Assembly: GCF_001194135.2 (NCBI RefSeq) | Contig: NC_068981.1 | Span: forward strand, 1,097,146 to 1,161,145 | Direction: 5' to 3' | Source of the DNA: Octopus bimaculoides | Taxonomy: Eukaryota | Length of the DNA stretch: 64,000 nt | Part shown: piece by piece, positions 60,942 to 64,000 of the stretch | Position numbering within the stretch: the stretch's first letter is position 1 | How the letters are laid out: the number at the start of each line of letters is the position of its first letter | Program-made: the position numbers and the translations under genes | Notes under the pieces: generated by a model | The model's input: only the letters and a program-made list of their open reading frames with translations | What the model was told of the DNA's origin: nothing | Databases searched by the model: none

Positions 60942-61485
60942 AATGATTTCTAAAAGAGAGAATGAAGAATAAGATTTTTAAATAAGAAACTGTGACTCTC
61001 AGGAATTCCTCAGGAGTTATAAAGACTATCAAGGCAAAATTAGAATTGCCATTTATGTGTTATATTAAATGTATATATATTATTAGAAGGCATGATGCAG
61101 TGTAATTATCCAATATAAAATCTCTTCATAGACTTGTGTAAGAAACTAATATATATTTGAGTGAGACAGTGTTACTGCTGTGACAGACATGTTTTGACTT
61201 TTCTTGAGGCTTGTCAATGCCTCACACAATTGCCACCTGCTTAGAAGAATTTCTCCTTGCTCTTTATGTTCTGAGATTAAATTCCACGTAGATTAACTTT
61301 GCCTTTCATCCTTTTGGGGATTGATAAAATAAAAGTATCACTCAAGGACTGGGATTGATGTGATTGACTTAATCCCTTCTAAAATTGCTGGCATTGTGCC
61401 TATAGTAGAAAGAATTATTATTAAGGGCAGTGAGTTGGTAGAATTGTTAATATATCAGATGAAATGCTGAGTGGTATTTCTTTAA

Positions 61486-61706
61486 CCCTCTTGTTACCAT
61501 ATTTATTTTGAGATGCTCTGGGTTTCTTTCAATTAATTTTGAATATAACAAAGAATTTAATGAAATAACTCCGTTATCATTCAGCTAGTGTTAGGAACAT
61601 AAATTGTGACTAAGGTTCAGTTGAAGATTTTAATTCAAAACTTATGAAAACAAGATATTTGTACTCAGAGCCAGAGACAGTTTCAGGTGGGTTGGTATCA
61701 AATGGG
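61486..61706. mobile_element. piggyBac-like MITE with TTAA target duplication; partial second copy at ~61737..61812
   Basis: TTAA CCCTCTTGTTACC ... GGTATCAAATGGG TTAA. Confidence 0.72.
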
Positions 61707-61812
61707 TTAAGAGTTGTTTCTCTATTATATACTTTAATCCTTTTTTTACCATATTTTTGTGAGATGCTCTGGGTTTCTTTCAATTAATTTTAAATATAAC
61801 AAAGAATTTTGA

Positions 61813-62275
61813 CAAAATAATGGAAACACCTAGCATCATAGCATCATAATTTTGAAATATCTATAAAGCCATCAAAAGCTTGTTTATTCTTGTTTTTTGG
61901 TTTATTATAAGTGTTGCTTAATATGTTTTGTTAAAATTGCTGTTTCTTTCCAGATATCATCAGAAAAAGGTAATTAAAATTCATTAAAATGACAGATCTA
62001 TTGGACTTTCAAAGAGGTCGAATTGTTGGTGCTTGTATGGCAGGTGCTAGCATAGTGAAAACAGCCGAAATGTTTGGTGTATCAAGAAGTACTGTCTCGA
62101 AAGTAATGACAGCCTTTGAGAAAGAGGGAAAAACCTCCTCATCAAAAGAAAACTCCAGAAGAAAACCAAAATTTTCAGATAGGGACTGTTGGACTCTTAC
62201 GCGAATTGTTAGAAAGGATCACAAAAGTACAGCTCCCAAAATTACTGCAGAGCTTAATGACCACCTCGAGAACCT
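61813..62275 (+). mobile_element. Tc1-family transposon 5' fragment (paired-like HTH of the transposase)
   Basis: ORF 61989..: MTDLLDFQRGRIVGACMAGASIVKTAEMFGVSRSTVSKVMTAFEKEGKTSS..GRK-like..SDRD..LTRIVRKDHKSTAPKITAELN; Tc1-like end CAAAATAATGGAAACAC upstream. Confidence 0.88.
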
Positions 62276-63679
62276 ACAGAATTGGTCCCTAGAGTAGTGG
62301 AAGAATGTCATNNNNNNNNNNNNNNNNNNNNNNNNNNNNNNNNNNNNNNNNNNNNNNNNNNNNNNNNNNNNNNNNNNNNNNNNNNNNNNNNNNNNNNNNN
62401 NNNNNNNNNNNNNNNNNNNNNNNNNNNNNNNNNNNNNNNNNNNNNNNNNNNNNNNNNNNNNNNNNNNNNNNNNNNNNNNNNNNNNNNNNNNNNNNNNNNN
62501 NNNNNNNNNNNNNNNNNNNNNNNNNNNNNNNNNNNNNNNNNNNNNNNNNNNNNNNNNNNNNNNNNNNNNNNNNNNNNNNNNNNNNNNNNNNNNNNNNNNN
62601 NNNNNNNNNNNNNNNNNNNNNNNNNNNNNNNNNNNNNNNNNNNNNNNNNNNNNNNNNNNNNNNNNNNNNNNNNNNNNNNNNNNNNNNNNNNNNNNNNNNN
62701 NNNNNNNNNNNNNNNNNNNNNNNNNNNNNNNNNNNNNNNNNNNNNNNNNNNNNNNNNNNNNNNNNNNNNNNNNNNNNNNNNNNNNNNNNNNNNNNNNNNN
62801 NNNNNNNNNNNNNNNNNNNNNNNNNNNNNNNNNNNNNNNNNNNNNNNNNNNNNNNNNNNNNNNNNNNNNNNNNNNNNNNNNNNNNNNNNNNNNNNNNNNN
62901 NNNNNNNNNNNNNNNNNNNNNNNNNNNNNNNNNNNNNNNNNNNNNNNNNNNNNNNNNNNNNNNNNNNNNNNNNNNNNNNNNNNNNNNNNNNNNNNNNNNN
63001 NNNNNNNNNNNNNNNNNNNNNNNNNNNNNNNNNNNNNNNNNNNTATATATATATATATATTTATGTAGAGGTTTGTATGTCTGTATTTGACCCCCCCCCC
63101 ACTTGACAACCGATGTTGGTGTATTTATGTCCCCATAACTTAGTGGTTTGGCAAAAGAGGCCAATAGAATAAGTACTCGGCTTACAAAGAATAAGTCCTG
63201 GGGTCGATTTCTTCGACTAAAGGCAGTGCTCCAGCATGGCCGCTGCCAAATGACTGAAACAAATAAAAGACCCTTGTCTTTACTTAAACATTACTATAAT
63301 ACAACCCCTATTTCTGTCACTACTACTCCAGTACAAGGACCACACTAATTTCACTACCACTACAACATTGTAAGCACGACACCACCACCCGTACTGTAAC
63401 CTACTATAATCACTAGTACCCCTAATGTTACCACCCCACCAACAGTAATAAAGTCAGCCTGAAAGTTAGCGTCCAGGATTTTTGATAACACCTTGTTGTG
63501 CTTTATCAGTTTGTTCACTGATAGTAAGTTAATTACTTTCGTAATTAAAATGTCTTCTTAATAAATATTTGAAAACAAAAATCACCAGATTAACATAAAG
63601 GAAACTGAAAGCAACAGTTACAATGATACACAATATATACACACACACACGCAGATATATATATATATACATTTATATT

Positions 63680-63830
63680 TTTTTCTCTCCTTGTTTCTTT
63701 CTGTTCCTTTCTGTTGAAGAGCGTAGGCTTGAAACGTTAAAGACTTTCTCACTTCCCGAGCATTATACTAATACATCCATTTGTTGTTTACACCATCTGT
63801 CTTCGTCTGCTGTTTTTTTCATAAATTCTC
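63680..63830 (+). mobile_element. Second copy of the variant hammerhead-like repeat (motif 63707..63742)
   Basis: CTTT-CTGTTGA-A-GAGC gtag GCTT-GAAAC-GTT-AAAG. Confidence 0.55.
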
Positions 63831-63870
63831 CCCCTATATATATATATATATATATATAGATATATATATA

Positions 63871-64000
63871 TGAGGGTGAGTCAAAAAGTAATGCCATTTT
63901 GTTTAGGACAGGTATAATTACCAACACAGGAACATGTATCATTCATCAAAATGAAGCTGGTCCCCTGTGGATCACATCCCTACTTCTCAAAATAGTCACC
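63871..64000 (+). mobile_element. mariner-like element terminus inserted in a (TA)n tract
   Basis: TA-TGAGGGTGAGTCAAAAAGTAATGCC resembles mariner TIRs. Confidence 0.6.

Noticed and set aside
5623-63164. Long ORF-track entries running through N gaps (poly-X) or microsatellites (CVCV, THTH, YIYI, HSHALT)
   Set aside because: Artefacts of unknown bases and simple repeats, with no coding signal.
56637-64000. Search for the first AACS coding exons (N-terminal ~120 aa)
   Set aside because: No matching segments (such as WF-G-LNYAENLL) were found; they probably lie in the 62312..63042 gap or beyond the window.

Overview
Repeat-dense, AT-rich eukaryotic genomic DNA with many assembly gaps. The SINE/LINE repertoire and microsatellites suggest an octopus or other coleoid cephalopod (inference). 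Two convergent protein-coding genes were reconstructed by hand. ERp29 is on the + strand: 4 exons, 7623..21444, 250 aa, signal peptide, C-terminal QDEL. Acetoacetyl-CoA synthetase (AACS) is on the - strand: 14 exons found between 56636 and 27343. One internal AACS exon is missing (probably in a gap), the 5' exons were not found in the window, and two introns use GC donors. The rest is tRNA-derived SINEs, RTE LINE fragments, an R4/Dong-like LINE end, hAT/piggyBac/Tc1-mariner/Helentron-type elements, and U6, tRNA-Pro and 28S rRNA pseudogene fragments. The most notable signal is a set of five sequence-unrelated type I hammerhead ribozyme motifs: a compact canonical one about 1 kb downstream of the ERp29 stop in sense orientation (22481..22533), a canonical one with a palindromic stem III at 5575..5671, a tRNA-headed SINE-like family carrying a minimal hammerhead (3 copies plus a relic), and two further Penelope-like terminal motifs. 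All folds were read by eye and none has been tested.
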